DNA from: the human T2T-CHM13v2.0 reference genome, Homo sapiens
Direction: 5' to 3'
Assembly (NCBI GenBank): GCA_009914755.4
Contig: CP068257.2
Coordinates: 36,768,001 to 36,832,000 of the forward strand
Length of the DNA: 64,000 nucleotides
The notes beneath the pieces are model-generated. The model did not search any database. It had not been told where the DNA came from and saw nothing but the letters and a program-made list of their open reading frames with translations. A program made the translations under genes and the position numbers. Shown in pieces: positions 1 to 13,204 of this stretch. Position 1 is the stretch's first letter, and each line of letters opens with the position of its first letter.

Positions 1-240
1 TGAAGCACAAAGTACTGTTATGTGGATGGCAATAATGACTTAATGCCATTTATATTGGCTAGGTCAAGTAAGATAATAAAAGTTAGATTTAGGAAATGAA
101 CTTCTAAAAGTTTATGGAAAAAAATCGAGAATGGAAGTAAACACCATTATTTCTAACATAACATTTTGCTGGCGCTCAGAAAGCAATTCTGTGAAAACTT
201 TTCCTAGAACAGAATTAACCCACTCAAAATGAGGAAGTTT

Positions 241-257
241 AGGAAAAAAAAAAAAAA
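241..257 (+). repeat. Poly(A)17 tract.
   Basis: aggaaaaaaaaaaaaaaagctgg. No recognisable retroposon body was identified upstream of it. Confidence 0.9.
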
Positions 258-2859
258 AGCTGGCTCTTTTTCAAACCAGATCACCCAGTTCCAGTATTTG
301 GGCAAGCGCATCGTAACGGAAACCAGTGCCTTGCCTGTGTGCTGCAACGCCAATTGTGTTAAGCAGCATTTCCAGAAGAAAAACCCCAACAATGAGTGAT
401 TGCAAGTCCCCTTGGGAAGCTGAATGAGACTCTTCCTTTGTCAAAGAGATCACATTTAGCTGGGTGGACAAAGTCAGAATTTTCTTGATTTCATTGAAAT
501 CATACAGATACAGCTTTGTTTTATGAAATTCAAAGAAAAATCTAGGCACATCATTCTAGCTGCTATGTTACAATACTTGAAGATAGTTTATGGCTCCCTA
601 GAAGACAGCAGCATGTAAATATTGACAGCAGTATCCGTACCAAGAGAAGCTAAGCTGTGCTGAACATATTTCAGAAGCTTAAGAACAGATGGGAGGTGGG
701 TCTTTCCTCCCAAATTCCAGTTACAGCACTGCCTTAGACTTATTACCAAAAGATTACCTTTTATTATAGTGTAAGTAATATCAATCGATGTGATAAAATG
801 ATTAAAGTAACTTTAACTGACATCTACTCAGGGAAGTAATATACTGTAAAAATCAATTTTACGTTCATTTTCTTCTAAATCCTCGCTAGCCTCCTGTACA
901 TATCACCCAACTTATAAACTCTGCTTTGCATGTTGGCTACATGGACATGGATATTTTTGTGAATTTATCCATACAATAGCACTGTGAGAAAGGTCAGCTT
1001 TTTCTGAATCTATGCTGGAAAGTGCTCATTTTCAGTCTAGCAACACATTTGAAATGTATTAACAGCTTGTAGCTCATTGAAGTGGAAGCCTTTGCTTTTT
1101 CAGAACCACATATACAAACTGTTCCCAATCAAGTTTTGTTGCCTCCAACATTTTATTAATATGCATTTAGAAAATACAAAGAATGGTATGAGAAAACCAT
1201 ATGGTCTTAGTATATATATTGTAACCAAAAAATTACAACTTGAAAAAATTCCGTATATGACCTGGGAATAGGAAAAGGCATGGATTTTTGATTTAACAGT
1301 CTAACAGATGCTTCAATATAAACACATACGGTTGTTTGAAAATAAATATTCAGCGTCAACTTTCTCCCATAGAGAAAGCAACTCCACAGACCTGCCGAAA
1401 TCACACTTGGAATCTACTCAAACCTTGGCATTGCCTCTTAGCAATTTGTCCCTCACCCATTTCTCTTATAAACGTGTGTAGGACAGAATCAGTGGACAAA
1501 AGTGATCTCATGTCTCTCCTATTTCTGAAGAGTTAGAAAGCAGGGGACCTAAATTTGTGGCAGCAAACTCTATGCCCAAAGGATGGATGAGCTAATTTCT
1601 CACTTGACTATTTTACCCAGTAGCCATAAAGACATAGGGCTCAGGACTGTGAGAATTTCAAGGGAGGGTCTATAGAAATAAGAGAACTGTAAGCAAAATT
1701 CATCAGCTTTCAAACCTTGAAAGAAACCTGGAAATGCAAAATCAATGAATGTTTAAGTAAATGGTAGAAAGAGTAACATCATGTCAAACTCATTAATTGT
1801 TAAATTTAATATTTGTAACAAAATTCGCTGCATTTTGCAGTGTGTAGAACAAAATTTCTCACTGCAAGAATTCTCAAAAATGAACAATGGTTGTTAAAAA
1901 ATTGTCAGTGGTAAAGGAATTATTCTCAGTCATAAAATTTTAAGAGCAATTTTTAAATTCTTATTTTACTTCCAAAACAATAACATTTAATGTGTGACGA
2001 GGTGCATTTTAGAATATAGAATAGAGATTTCCAAACAAGAATGCTTAGGGTTTAGGAAAGCCTAAAAGTGGCTTGGGTCACTCATGGGCCAAACCAGGAT
2101 TTACAAAGAGAAGTTCTTGAAAGACAAGAGCTTTCATTGAGTAGCATCACCACCTCTACCTTAGGACTCACCTTTCTTGGGTAAACCCTTCAGATCTATT
2201 TTTTTTTTTACTCTCTCTTAATAACATCCTTGCGATGTCAGTAAGGAGGAACTAATTTTTTCTTAGGGTAATTACCAAAATAAAACATATTTGGAGGTAA
2301 AAAACAGTGGCAAGCAGCATTGTCCACCTACAGAGAACCCTGTGGGTGAAAGGGAGCGGCTGTGGCTTTTAAGAAGACAGAGGCACTCCTTTAATTTTAC
2401 AGAGGAAAGTAATCTCCTAATATTGTTAAAAGAAAGGGAGAGAAACAGGGTAGCAAAGGGGTACAGACTGAGCAAAAAAGGGGGAAAAAAAACTAAACGG
2501 TTTACAAACCACAGAGCAAAGCAGAGAGCTGCAGAGTGAGTCAGCAGCTGTGTCTGGTGGAAACAGCATCCTGGTGCAAAGCCCTGCAGCCGTCAGCTGA
2601 TGAACAAGGGCAGTAAATACAGCCGTGAGGGGCCCCACCAGTACCATGTGGCAGTGGTTTGGGGCCACTTTCTCTAGAAGCCAGGGGTGGTGCAGAAGAT
2701 CCCGTGTGCATGGCCTGGACCCTCTGCAAGGCAGCAGGTGTGTCCAGCAGGTGTGTCCTGAATGGAAGTCTCTGCCCCGAGGCTCAGTGAGGCTCAGGCA
2801 CCACTTACTGGAGGGGCAGGAAAGCATGGTGGTAGGGAGCACCAACTTTGGAGTTGCCA

Positions 2860-3010
2860 CTGCTTCAGCTGAATCCTGCCTCTGCCCTTTGTGGGACGTT
2901 TGGCAACTCTCGCAGCTCTCTCTGCCTCAGTATCGTCATCTGTAAAGTGGGGGTGATGGTAATAGTACTATCTTGCAAGATCATGGTAAGGATGAACTCA
3001 GTACTTGAAT
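2860..3010 (+). mobile_element. MIR SINE fragment.
   Basis: ctctgcctcagtatcgtcatctgtaaagtgggggtgatggtaatagtactatcttgcaagatcatggtaaggatgaactcagtacttgaatgg matches the MIR core (cctcagtttcctcatctgtaaaatggggataataatagtacc...). Confidence 0.7.
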
Positions 3011-3129
3011 GGTCTTGTCAGAATTTCTTTGGGCTGAAAATCAGAGTTTAAGGAAAGACAACACTCCTCTCCTATAGCCAGGAAATGCCTAAAGAAAGAG
3101 AAATACTGTTCAATTGGCCTATTGAACCA

Positions 3130-3360
3130 TGAAGAAGCTTGAAACGGTGCTATTCTTGGGCTGACTGATATCCTCTGAAAGCTTACTGTATGCCATGCAC
3201 CATTCTAAACGCTTTACATGTATTGGTTTATTTAATCCCCACAGGAATCATGTGATTAGTCCATTGGAGAAGTGACGAAATTGGAGCTTAGAGAGGTAGA
3301 CTGACTTATTTTGCTTAGCGTTGGCAAGGGTTGAAATCCAGACTCTAGGCTGCCATGCTT
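3130..3360 (-). mobile_element. MIR SINE, minus orientation.
   Basis: cttactgtatgccatgcaccattctaaacgctttacatgtattggtttatttaatccccacagg...gaaattggagcttagagaggtagactgacttattttgcttagcgttggcaagggttgaaatccagactctaggctgcc matches the reverse-complemented MIR consensus. Confidence 0.7.
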
Positions 3361-4614
3361 AATCACTGCGCAAACTTGCTTTCAGGCCTGGTTTATGCAC
3401 ACCTCTGTAGCCTCCTCAGGTCCTTTCCATGTTGTCCCCTCCCTGGGGGACTCCCACTGGAAGACTGCACACTGCCACCTCCTAACAAATGGGAAAACAT
3501 CCCTAGCCTGGTCTGTCGTTCTGCAAGAGGCAGGATGTATTTTCATGTGCACCATTGAAGAGTATCCAGTTAGCATCAAGGAAGCCTCTGAACATAACCC
3601 ACCAAAGCTCTTTCATTAGAGGAACCATGTTAGATAGATTCTCAGCTGCTCTGATGGGATGTAAAGGAGCTGTGTTGCTTATAACCGATCCATGATATCA
3701 GAATGCAGGGACACACTGTTCTCAGCAGGAAAAGTGATGTCCAAAGTACACATCAAGTGAATATTTGGGATAGAGATGTTGGGATGCTGACATCATCCTG
3801 TGCATTCATACTATATGATGCAATCTTTCCACTTAAAATGATGAAAAGGAATTTGTATTGTATGAAGAGCAAAGACAGCAATTTTTAAGTGATGAAAGAT
3901 TTATTTATCAGAGAATAGAAAAATAGAATCAAACAGGAAGAAGCATTGTCATTAATACAAAGATAAAAGACATTCTGGTTTCAGGGGAAAAGTTCACATG
4001 AGCACAACAGACACAAACCTAAAGATAGATGGAGAGAAAGTCAAATTCATCAGAAACTAAATGAAATAAATCTTTATCTTAAAGTCACTTGCCTGCAAAT
4101 CAAAGATGGGATGTTGCCATTTTCTCCAGGCCCATTAAGAACAGTCTTAATGGTATGAAGCACAGTCCTCCTTCCCCAGGCCTGTGATGAGTTTCTGGTC
4201 TCCTTGCTCTGAGCTCAGGTCCCTCTATCTACAAAGGGCATCCCCGGGCTGCTGGGCCCAGGGCATATGCAGTGTTCCCTTGTGAAAGCTGGCACTTTGC
4301 TTAGGAGCAAGTGACTCAGGCCCTATTCTACAAACAAGCCAAGCAGTACCTTTGGGCTGTGACAACGTGGTCATGGACATATATGTTTCATTTGGCCAAT
4401 GTGTGAGTGCAAAGGCCAGTTTGGTCTTCTTTGGTGCAGCTTGACTCTTTCCTCCTCTTCCTTCCTGACCTCAGATTCATCGCCTGCACCTAAGCAGTTA
4501 TGACCCTGAAAGGAAATCCTTGCTTTCTATTCTCACAGTCCGCATTTTGTAAGACCTCCTCTTCCCTTCATACTTAGTCAGTGGCAGAGTAGGGCAAGAA
4601 AACAAAAGTAGACT

Positions 4615-4775
4615 TTGCAGACAGAGTCAGGTTTCAAACCTGACCTCCCTTATCATTGGCTGTGTGACACAGGAAAAGTTACTTAACTTCTCTGGACTTC
4701 TAATTCCTTTTCTGTAGGATGGAGATAGTAACCTCCCAGGGCTGTTATGAGACACAGAAGGGACCACAGACATTC
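4615..4775 (+). mobile_element. MIR SINE fragment.
   Basis: ggtttcaaacctgacctcccttatcattggctgtgtgacacaggaaaagttacttaacttctctggacttctaattccttttctgtaggatggagatagtaacctcccagggctgttatgag. Confidence 0.7.
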
Positions 4776-6401
4776 TATGGGGGGCATTCTGCGGGATGGG
4801 AGCTGTTTGATTGTTATTTCACATGATTGTATTAACATTCCCAGAGTGTTTCAGCTTCCGTCATTTTCTTTTTTCTAATCTATCCTGAACATTGCTGCCA
4901 GATCAGTCTTCCTGAAGCATGACTGATAATAATCATCTCAAAACATAGTCATTATTTTTATTTGAATGGTTATATGGCAGAGTTGCAAATGAAAAGCTGA
5001 GCAGAAGGCTGAGAAGAGACCACAGCCTCAGGAGCCTGGGCTACTAGATGAAAGCCAGCATGAGCAAAAAGGGCCTGTGGCTCTGTGTTTGGGACAATGT
5101 TGTAACTACCTGTGTCCATCTCTCCACGGACCAAAAGCACCCTGAGCTAAAGGACTATATCTCATTATCCTTGGCATTCATGTATGCAACAAATAATTAT
5201 TGAGCACCTAGTCTAGGCCCCAGGCTAACTAGTTTTCTTTAGATTTTCAGCTGTGTAAAAAAAATTCATTGAATTCATTAACATTAACCAAAATTTAACT
5301 TCAAAAATACAGATGTTCAATAATGATAACATTTCGTGTTTTCAATGTGTAGATTCTCTTGCAGGGATGTACACTGATTAAATCTTAATTATTCCATTTC
5401 GAACCTTATTTTGGCCTCAACGTTTAGGAAATACACATTCCATCTTGTGCTTGCAATATGCCTGTAACATCTTGGCATTTGAATTTGCAGTTGGGAATAT
5501 GCAGCATAGGCTATGAATTTCTGAAGCTGGTGCCAGCACAGCTGGTTCTGATCTGAATACAAACAAATAAAACTATGTGGTTGGCACTGAAACACTAGGA
5601 CAGGTGACAAACCTTGGCAATGCACTGGTTACAAATGGGCTAATTAAGAATCTGCACTTTCTTCTAGCATCGAAGTTCAGAAACAGACCATCGAAGATGA
5701 GCCTGAATTTGAAGTCTTGTGGTTGTATCAAGGCTCTCTTTTAAAAAATACTAGTTATTTTATCTGCTTGTATAATGGGTTGAATTGTGTTCCCTCAATT
5801 CCCTATGTTGAAATCTTAACCCGCAGTATCTAAGAATGTGACCTTTTTTGGAGATAAGATCCTAAATGAGGTAATCAAGTTATAGTAAGGTTATGGGGTA
5901 GGTATTCCAACCTGACCAATGTCCTTATGCAAAAGAGGCATTTGGACACAGAGACTGACACACACAGAGAGATGATGATGAGAAGAGACACGAGGAGATG
6001 ATGGCTATCTGTAAGCCAGGGAGAGCCCCCAGGACAGATCCCTCCCTCACAGCCCTGAGAAGGAACGAAACCTGCCACCATGACACTCTGATTTCAGACT
6101 TCCAGCCTCCAGAACTGCGAGACAATAAACTGTTGTTGTTTAAGCCACCTAATCCGTGGTACTTTGTTACAGCAGCCCTAGAAAACTATTACAGCTTGGA
6201 TTAGGTTATAATGTTCTTTGCTGAAGCTGAAATCTTAATTTATAACCCAACCCATCTTTCCATTAAGGCAAATAATTCAGTGAGACCTAAAACTAAAATC
6301 TGTTCAGTTGAAGGAATTTCTCACCAATACCAATTTACTTTTCAAAATAACCACTGCCAAAAAGTAATTTTGTAAGAAGAAAATCATCAGCAGTTTCTCA
6401 C

Positions 6402-6449
6402 CTGGATTTGCAAGGCGGCTACTTGTTGGTCCAAGAATCTGATAAGGAT
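6402..6449 (-). CDS. ERG: ERG 48-bp coding exon, encoding (D)PYQILGPTSSRLANP(G). This is the last exon before the large ETS-domain terminal exon, which is outside the window.
   Basis: Reverse-complement match to ATCCTTATCAGATTCTTGGACCAACAAGTAGCCGCCTTGCAAATCCAG. Acceptor is ttgctgtag| and donor is CCAG|gtgag. Confidence 0.9.
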
Positions 6450-7065
6450 CTACAGCAAAAAGAAACAAAGTCAAATCCTAGACATAGTTGTAACATAGTA
6501 TGATGTGACTTCAGACATAATGCCTGACTTAATTGTTTTTTCAGATTTCAGAGCCGAAAATGTCCTCCAACTCCAAATCAACTGCCTCCACCTCCTCTAT
6601 GAGAGAAGATGTCACACGGCATCTCAGATGTCTTGCTAGGGGACTCCTAATTGGTGGCAGGGCTTGGATTCAACCCCAGGATCCTGACATATAGCTCAAG
6701 GCTCACACCAACCAATGATATAAAGAGGGCAAACATGTGCCAAGCCCCATCAATCCAGGGCCGTGCAGGCTGTGTTGTTTAGGCATGGAAAGTAAAATCT
6801 AAAAAATTAATGGATCACAAAGAAGCAGCCTGTGTGCACGTAGAATTTTTTTCCCTATTTATTGCATAGTTGGGGACGTGTTTTAGCACCATCTCAAGTC
6901 ACCTCGCATGAGTAGGCTGATGACTTGGGCCCTATCTTATGTATGGAGCTGTCGAAAAGAGGCAAACAATCATGTTAATTTCCATTAAAAAGTGAAGCAT
7001 TTTAGAAATGTGCTGCTGAGCCTGAATCTTCTCTTATGGTTATCCAGACGGCCCCTGAAACATAC

Positions 7066-7122
7066 CTAACTGAGGACGCTGGTCTTCAGTTTTGGGCACT
7101 GTGGAAGGAGATGGTTGAGCAG
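7066..7122 (-). CDS. ERG: ERG 57-bp coding exon, encoding AAQPSPSTVPKTEDQRPQL.
   Basis: Reverse-complement match to CTGCTCAACCATCTCCTTCCACAGTGCCCAAAACTGAAGACCAGCGTCCTCAGTTAG. Acceptor is ttttcag| and donor is TTAG|gtatgtt. Confidence 0.9.
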   Translation of the reverse strand: MLNHLLPQCPKLKTSVLS

Positions 7123-7782
7123 CTGAAAATCCAGAAATACAAAAGGCAATTAGCTATAACAGATTTGGTCACTAGTCTTTGATGTTGTTGCATAATCATT
7201 CTATCAGTTAATTTAGTTATTAACATAATAGTCTAACTCAGAAGCATCTCACGGTAAGGAAAAATTTTCCTTTCTGATGAAATCAAATGTAAACACTGTA
7301 ACAAAAAAAGAGGACATTTCCAATTATTTAAAAAATGGATACCTCCCACTTTTTCCAAAAGTAAAAAAAAAAAAGAATTTGGAATGGCTTACCAAACAGA
7401 TTACAATAAATCATAGTCTAAGATAAACACATAAAGGGAAACCACCAGTCAAATAAAGTAAAGCCAGGGATACTTTTAAGCATGGCCAAGATTCAGGAAA
7501 TCACCGATTATTTAATGTGTACTCAAACATCCCATGAAACATGCATTTGTGAAGGTTGACATACACTACATCATTCCTTTATTTTTGTTATGAAAGTCCT
7601 GATGACCCAAATGGAGAAAGAATCACTGCAGTGAAAGATCAATTGTACTCTTGTCGTCAATGGAACAAACCCATCACATGTTGCAAAATCACAGATTAAC
7701 CACAGAAATTATTATATACTCCATCAACAGTCATCCACTGCCTGTGACATGAAACTCAGGGTCATGGGAGCCAACACTGTAC

Positions 7783-7851
7783 CTTTCGACTGGGGCGTGG
7801 GGTGGCCGTGACCGGTCCAGGCTGATCTCCTGGGGGGCTCATATGGTAAAT
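7783..7851 (-). CDS. ERG: ERG 69-bp coding exon, encoding (D)LPYEPPRRSAWTGHGHPTPQSK.
   Basis: Found by reverse-complement match to the remembered ERG mRNA (ATTTACCATATGAGCCCCCCAGGAGATCAGCCTGGACCGGTCACGGCCACCCCACGCCCCAGTCGAAAG). Acceptor is ctttacag| and donor is AAAG|gtacag. The exon is too short to appear in the >=60-aa ORF track. Confidence 0.9.
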
Positions 7852-9706
7852 CTGTAAAGACAAATAAATTGACTAAAAGATCAATCATGTAATTTTTATA
7901 AGAGATGCTTTGGTTTTTTATTTGATTTTGTATTTATTAGAATAAACTTTGTGCAAAAAAATCTGGTAATCCAAAGAAATATCCCACTAGATTTGAGTTT
8001 TATTTACAAATTAAAATTTCATATATTATAGTGGTCTAAAATTCTCACCCGTTTGTCTGAAAACTTCCATTGGCAGATTCTCCCAGAGCTTTCCAACTCT
8101 TCTAATTTCCTACAACCATAAGTCAAGACCCCAATAAAAGTTTCTTACAATCTAGTTCATCCTGCTTCCACTGGGACTGATCTACATCTGTCTCTTTATT
8201 ATCTTCATGACTCATCCAAAGCAGAGTCTACAACTTGGATGAACCAGCCCATTTTTGTTTGAGGTCTGTTCCTAAATCAATCAAATGACATTCAGCTTCT
8301 TTTTCTTCTTGCATCTCCTGGGAAGTGATCGCTGCCTTATCTTTTTATTTGCCAGCTGCCTCTCTTAGCCAACTCCCATTTTCCCTTTATAATCTCATCA
8401 ATTTATATTAAATCAGTCTTATCTGATCTAGTGATTTTCATAGGCAAATGTCTCCCATTTCTAATGTTCTAAATAAATTTAGAATTTCTCTAAAATGACC
8501 TGCATGAAATGAATTACAGGACTGAAATAGTATTGCTCCCACAGCCCATTAATGATGACCTTCTGAGCTTAAGCATATGCCAAACATTTCTTTGTATTTA
8601 TAAAGTCGTATCACTTGTCCTATAAACCTTCATTTACTTTTCATATGCAAATTTAATAACTATACTTCTGCATCCTCAGTGTGAGTTCTATTAATGATTA
8701 TCAAAGCTCTATGTCATTTCAAGTTTGTTTCAAAAATATATTACAGAAACCTTATTATAATACTCTTGCTAAGAGTGCATAGCTAAGGCTATTTCTACAT
8801 GCAATCTTATTACATAACTGTTTCAAAATTATGTCTTCTTGGATTGCTTGGTCTCAGTTCAATGTCATGTGTCATTCTGGGCCAAGTGAAGGCCATGGCC
8901 AAATATCTCAGCAGGTACTTTGCTGCCAGACACCAGGAGATGTGTACAAAATTTCACTTGGAGGGTAGGACAATGCAATTGTTTTTAAGCTTCTCTTTAA
9001 ACAAATATTTTAATTTTGTTTAAAACCAGCAATTTGATGGGTCAATCTTCAAAGAGCTTGACTGTGTTGCAGAAGATGTGTCTCTTCCTATTTTCATATC
9101 CCAAAGAGAATAGAAATGATGCGCAACGTGAAAGTCAACACAGAATCTCCTTAATGTATTTGGTCTGTTTGGCTGCAAGCATCTTTGCTACTAGTGTGGT
9201 CTATGAAATCCTACCCTTCAGAGCTTTGGAGAATTAGATAATTTTTCTTTTTAAACTGATGTTACTCCTCTCTCTCAGCTGGCATTTTTGCATTTTTGGA
9301 CGTAAATCTTTTCCCACCCAGATCCTCAGATTTTCACATCTCTTGTGTTGGGGTTACACATAGGAATTATATCTGCAGCCCCTAACAATTTACAACTGAA
9401 CTTCAACTTAAGTCTCTGGGAACACTCTGCACATGGGTTCTCAGTCAGTTGCATTTTGTCTAAAATAAACTGGACAGCCAGAGTTTCAATTTGCAAATTG
9501 TCTCAGAAAGAAAAACCTACTCACAAGGCAATCCTAGCCACATCTAACCTAATTTAGGAGCAGAAAAGCACATTAACTAAGGCCTTCTATTTACCAAATG
9601 AAAAAAAGCAAGATAATACAGAAATACAGAAATATGTTCTAGATCTCTGTTTCTCAAAGGGTGGTCTGTGGACCAGCAACATCAACAATACCTGGTAGCT
9701 TGCTAG

Positions 9707-10048
<342 letters not shown>

Positions 10049-12724
10049 GCGCCTGGCCTCAGAATCAGCATTTTAACAAGATCCTGGGTGACTCTGGTGC
10101 ACACTGAAGTCTGAGAAAGCCTGCTCTAGACCATTGCTCTTTTCAGGAACTCTGTTCCTGCAGATGATTTCAGAAATGCTATCTAGAGTGTGCAAAGACA
10201 AACTAAAAAATGGTTGAAAGAGTTCTAGATGGATTGCTTTTACCCATGGCATAAGTATGCTAATGGAATGAATAGACAGCATCAGTAGGTTAGTCAGATA
10301 CTACCTTAAACATAAAATTGTTGCTCATGAAATGTGACTGGGAAAAAAAATAAATGCCGAACTACTATTCCCAAAATATTTTGAAACTCTTTATTCACAA
10401 AATCCTTCATATGGTGTATAACCATATCCCATCCTCCCTCGAAAATAAGTCGAAACTTAACACCAAACAGTCTACTTTTCAGCCAAGTATTTGAGACAGT
10501 TATATGAACAATGATTCACATGTTCATAAACATATTGCCGCGGAAGATAAGTGGGCTTTTGTTTTCTTCCATGACATTCTGGTCCAATGCTTCCTTATCG
10601 GCTACCGATCACATGCTGTGGGCACTAAGTATCCCCCTGTGGGATATGACATTGGGAAACATTCAACTCAGGCTCACTGAGATGGGGGACAGCCAGGGGT
10701 GACTTCTTTGGCAGCTACACCATCTCAAAACCTTCGTAGTTCTGCTCTTGACTGCTTGAAAAATCACTCCTCTATGTATCTTTGCTATGTGTCCTTTATT
10801 GATAATAGAGCATCAGACTTCCAATAAGAATATATTTTACATTTAATTTTCGCTGATCATTTCAACACCCTCTCCATTTCTCTTTGACTTTGATCTTCAA
10901 GGCAATGAACTCATATGCTTGGCAGAAGTGCCCATGTAAGGGAAGGCTGCTTTCTGGCACTGGTTCTGTTGTTTTATCTGTAAGAGACTGTGTTTAAAAA
11001 CTGAGCTTTATAGAAGTCATTGCATAGGCAGCTTGGGTGAACACAGATGTACATTACATCACAACAGTATAAAAAACAGCATGAAGCTACAAATAGGGAC
11101 TCGGCTAGTGCTGACCACTACACACCAGCAACTGTGTCGATTTCCTGGGAGCTGGGATCAGCTTCTCATTCTGAATGAGACTCCTCCTCCACCACACCCT
11201 TTTGAAGACATCACTAAATTAATACAACATTCTGGCTACCCTTTCCTGGAGGGCTAAGTTCAGCCAAGTTTTACATTCTCCCTTCATCAAACTCACTGAG
11301 GAGGAACGCTCTAGCTCTTGCCCCACACACCCCACACCGCCACCCCGCTGCCTACCCGCTTTATTTTTTAAAGGGCAAGAATGTGGATCGTGGAAGAGCT
11401 CATCCTCATTCTGCAGGATCCACACCATATCTGCAAAGCAACTCTGGAGGTTCCCTGGCTGGGCTGGATGGGAACAGATGAGATTTGCCTGCTCTTGAAA
11501 TTAGATGCTAATGGGGAACACAAATTAGGAAGAGCAAGAGCTGCTGCTAAGAACCAATCTAGAAGTGTCTGTGAAATGAAAAAAAAAGTTTGAGTCAACC
11601 TTAACATAATTAAGTTGCTCTCTATTTTCCTCCAGATCTTCTTAAAATTCTACATCAAAGTTTGAGCATGGAGTTTTGGAAACATTTTGCATTCCCTTCT
11701 TGCCTAGGTTTGCATATCCCTGTGGTTATATAAGAACTAAGCGGAAGCAAAGAATGCAATTTTAGCCATTTGCTAAGATACAGGCTTTACATAACACCTA
11801 ACTGAGAGATGCTATGCAGTAGTTGTATTGTCTCACTATGCCTAGCTGTGCTGAAAAGCACTAGGCTGTGAGCTCCAATGGAGGAATAATTTAAGATTCC
11901 AAGAAACCCCTGAAGAGCAGCAGCTTCAAAGTAGAAGCAAAGGCTGCATTTGCAGGCTTAACTCTCTAATCTCTTTTGATAACACCCCAGAGGCATATCA
12001 TAATATATGGGTTGTCATGGGGATGGAAGAGGAAAGGATGGGGTTGCAGAACATCATCCTTGGGATAGAACTGAGCTTTTGCATGACCTGCTCCTAAGAG
12101 GACAGGCAGGGTGGTGCACTGTGTAGTTAATAGGGGCTTGCAAGATTCTGTGGATCTGTTTTTGCCACTTTTTCCCCTGAGACCTCAAAGGGCTATGGCT
12201 CCAAAAGAAGTGGATTCAGCAAAAAAGAAGGGTGTTTGTAGAGGACGTACAGAAAGGGATTCTGGTCGTAGTAACTGCAACAACGTGAGAAACACGTGAA
12301 ACATCATAAAATAAAGTATAATAAAATATATATATATTTAAAAAATCATAAAACCACAGAATGTAAAATGATATGCCTATGGGTTGATACTTTATGAGAG
12401 TAGAGAAGACTGTCTCAATGCTAATTCAACAAAGGGGTTGTGAAAGAAGGTAAATCTTGAATCAGGAAAACGTGGGAAAATACTAGGTACGGGCATGCAA
12501 GGAAAAGGGATGAGGTTTGGACAAATGGCAGGTAGTGGTGGTGGCAGGGCATGTTCACATGTGGTCCCCTGTGAGGTCAGTGAACGGCCTCGGCCAATTG
12601 TGCAGGGAGACTGAACTGACACAGCAGCAGCGAGACTGACCTGACAGGGAAGCAGTCAGGGGGCTCTGGAATAAATGATCCACTTGGGAAGGTGGGCCAT
12701 GAACAGAAGAAAAGGTAGATTGGG

Positions 12725-13204
<480 letters not shown>

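Noticed and set aside
1-257. The poly(A)17 at 241-257 could mark the 3' end of a retroposed element or processed pseudogene occupying 1-240.
   Set aside because: The upstream 240 bp do not match an Alu, an L1 3' end, an SVA or any mRNA 3'UTR I recognise. It cannot be supported without a database search.
2426-2860. 144-aa minus-strand ORF in a GC-richer stretch.
   Set aside because: Proline/cysteine/serine-rich low-complexity translation. It abuts a MIR element and has no support as an exon. Chance ORF in GC-rich intron.
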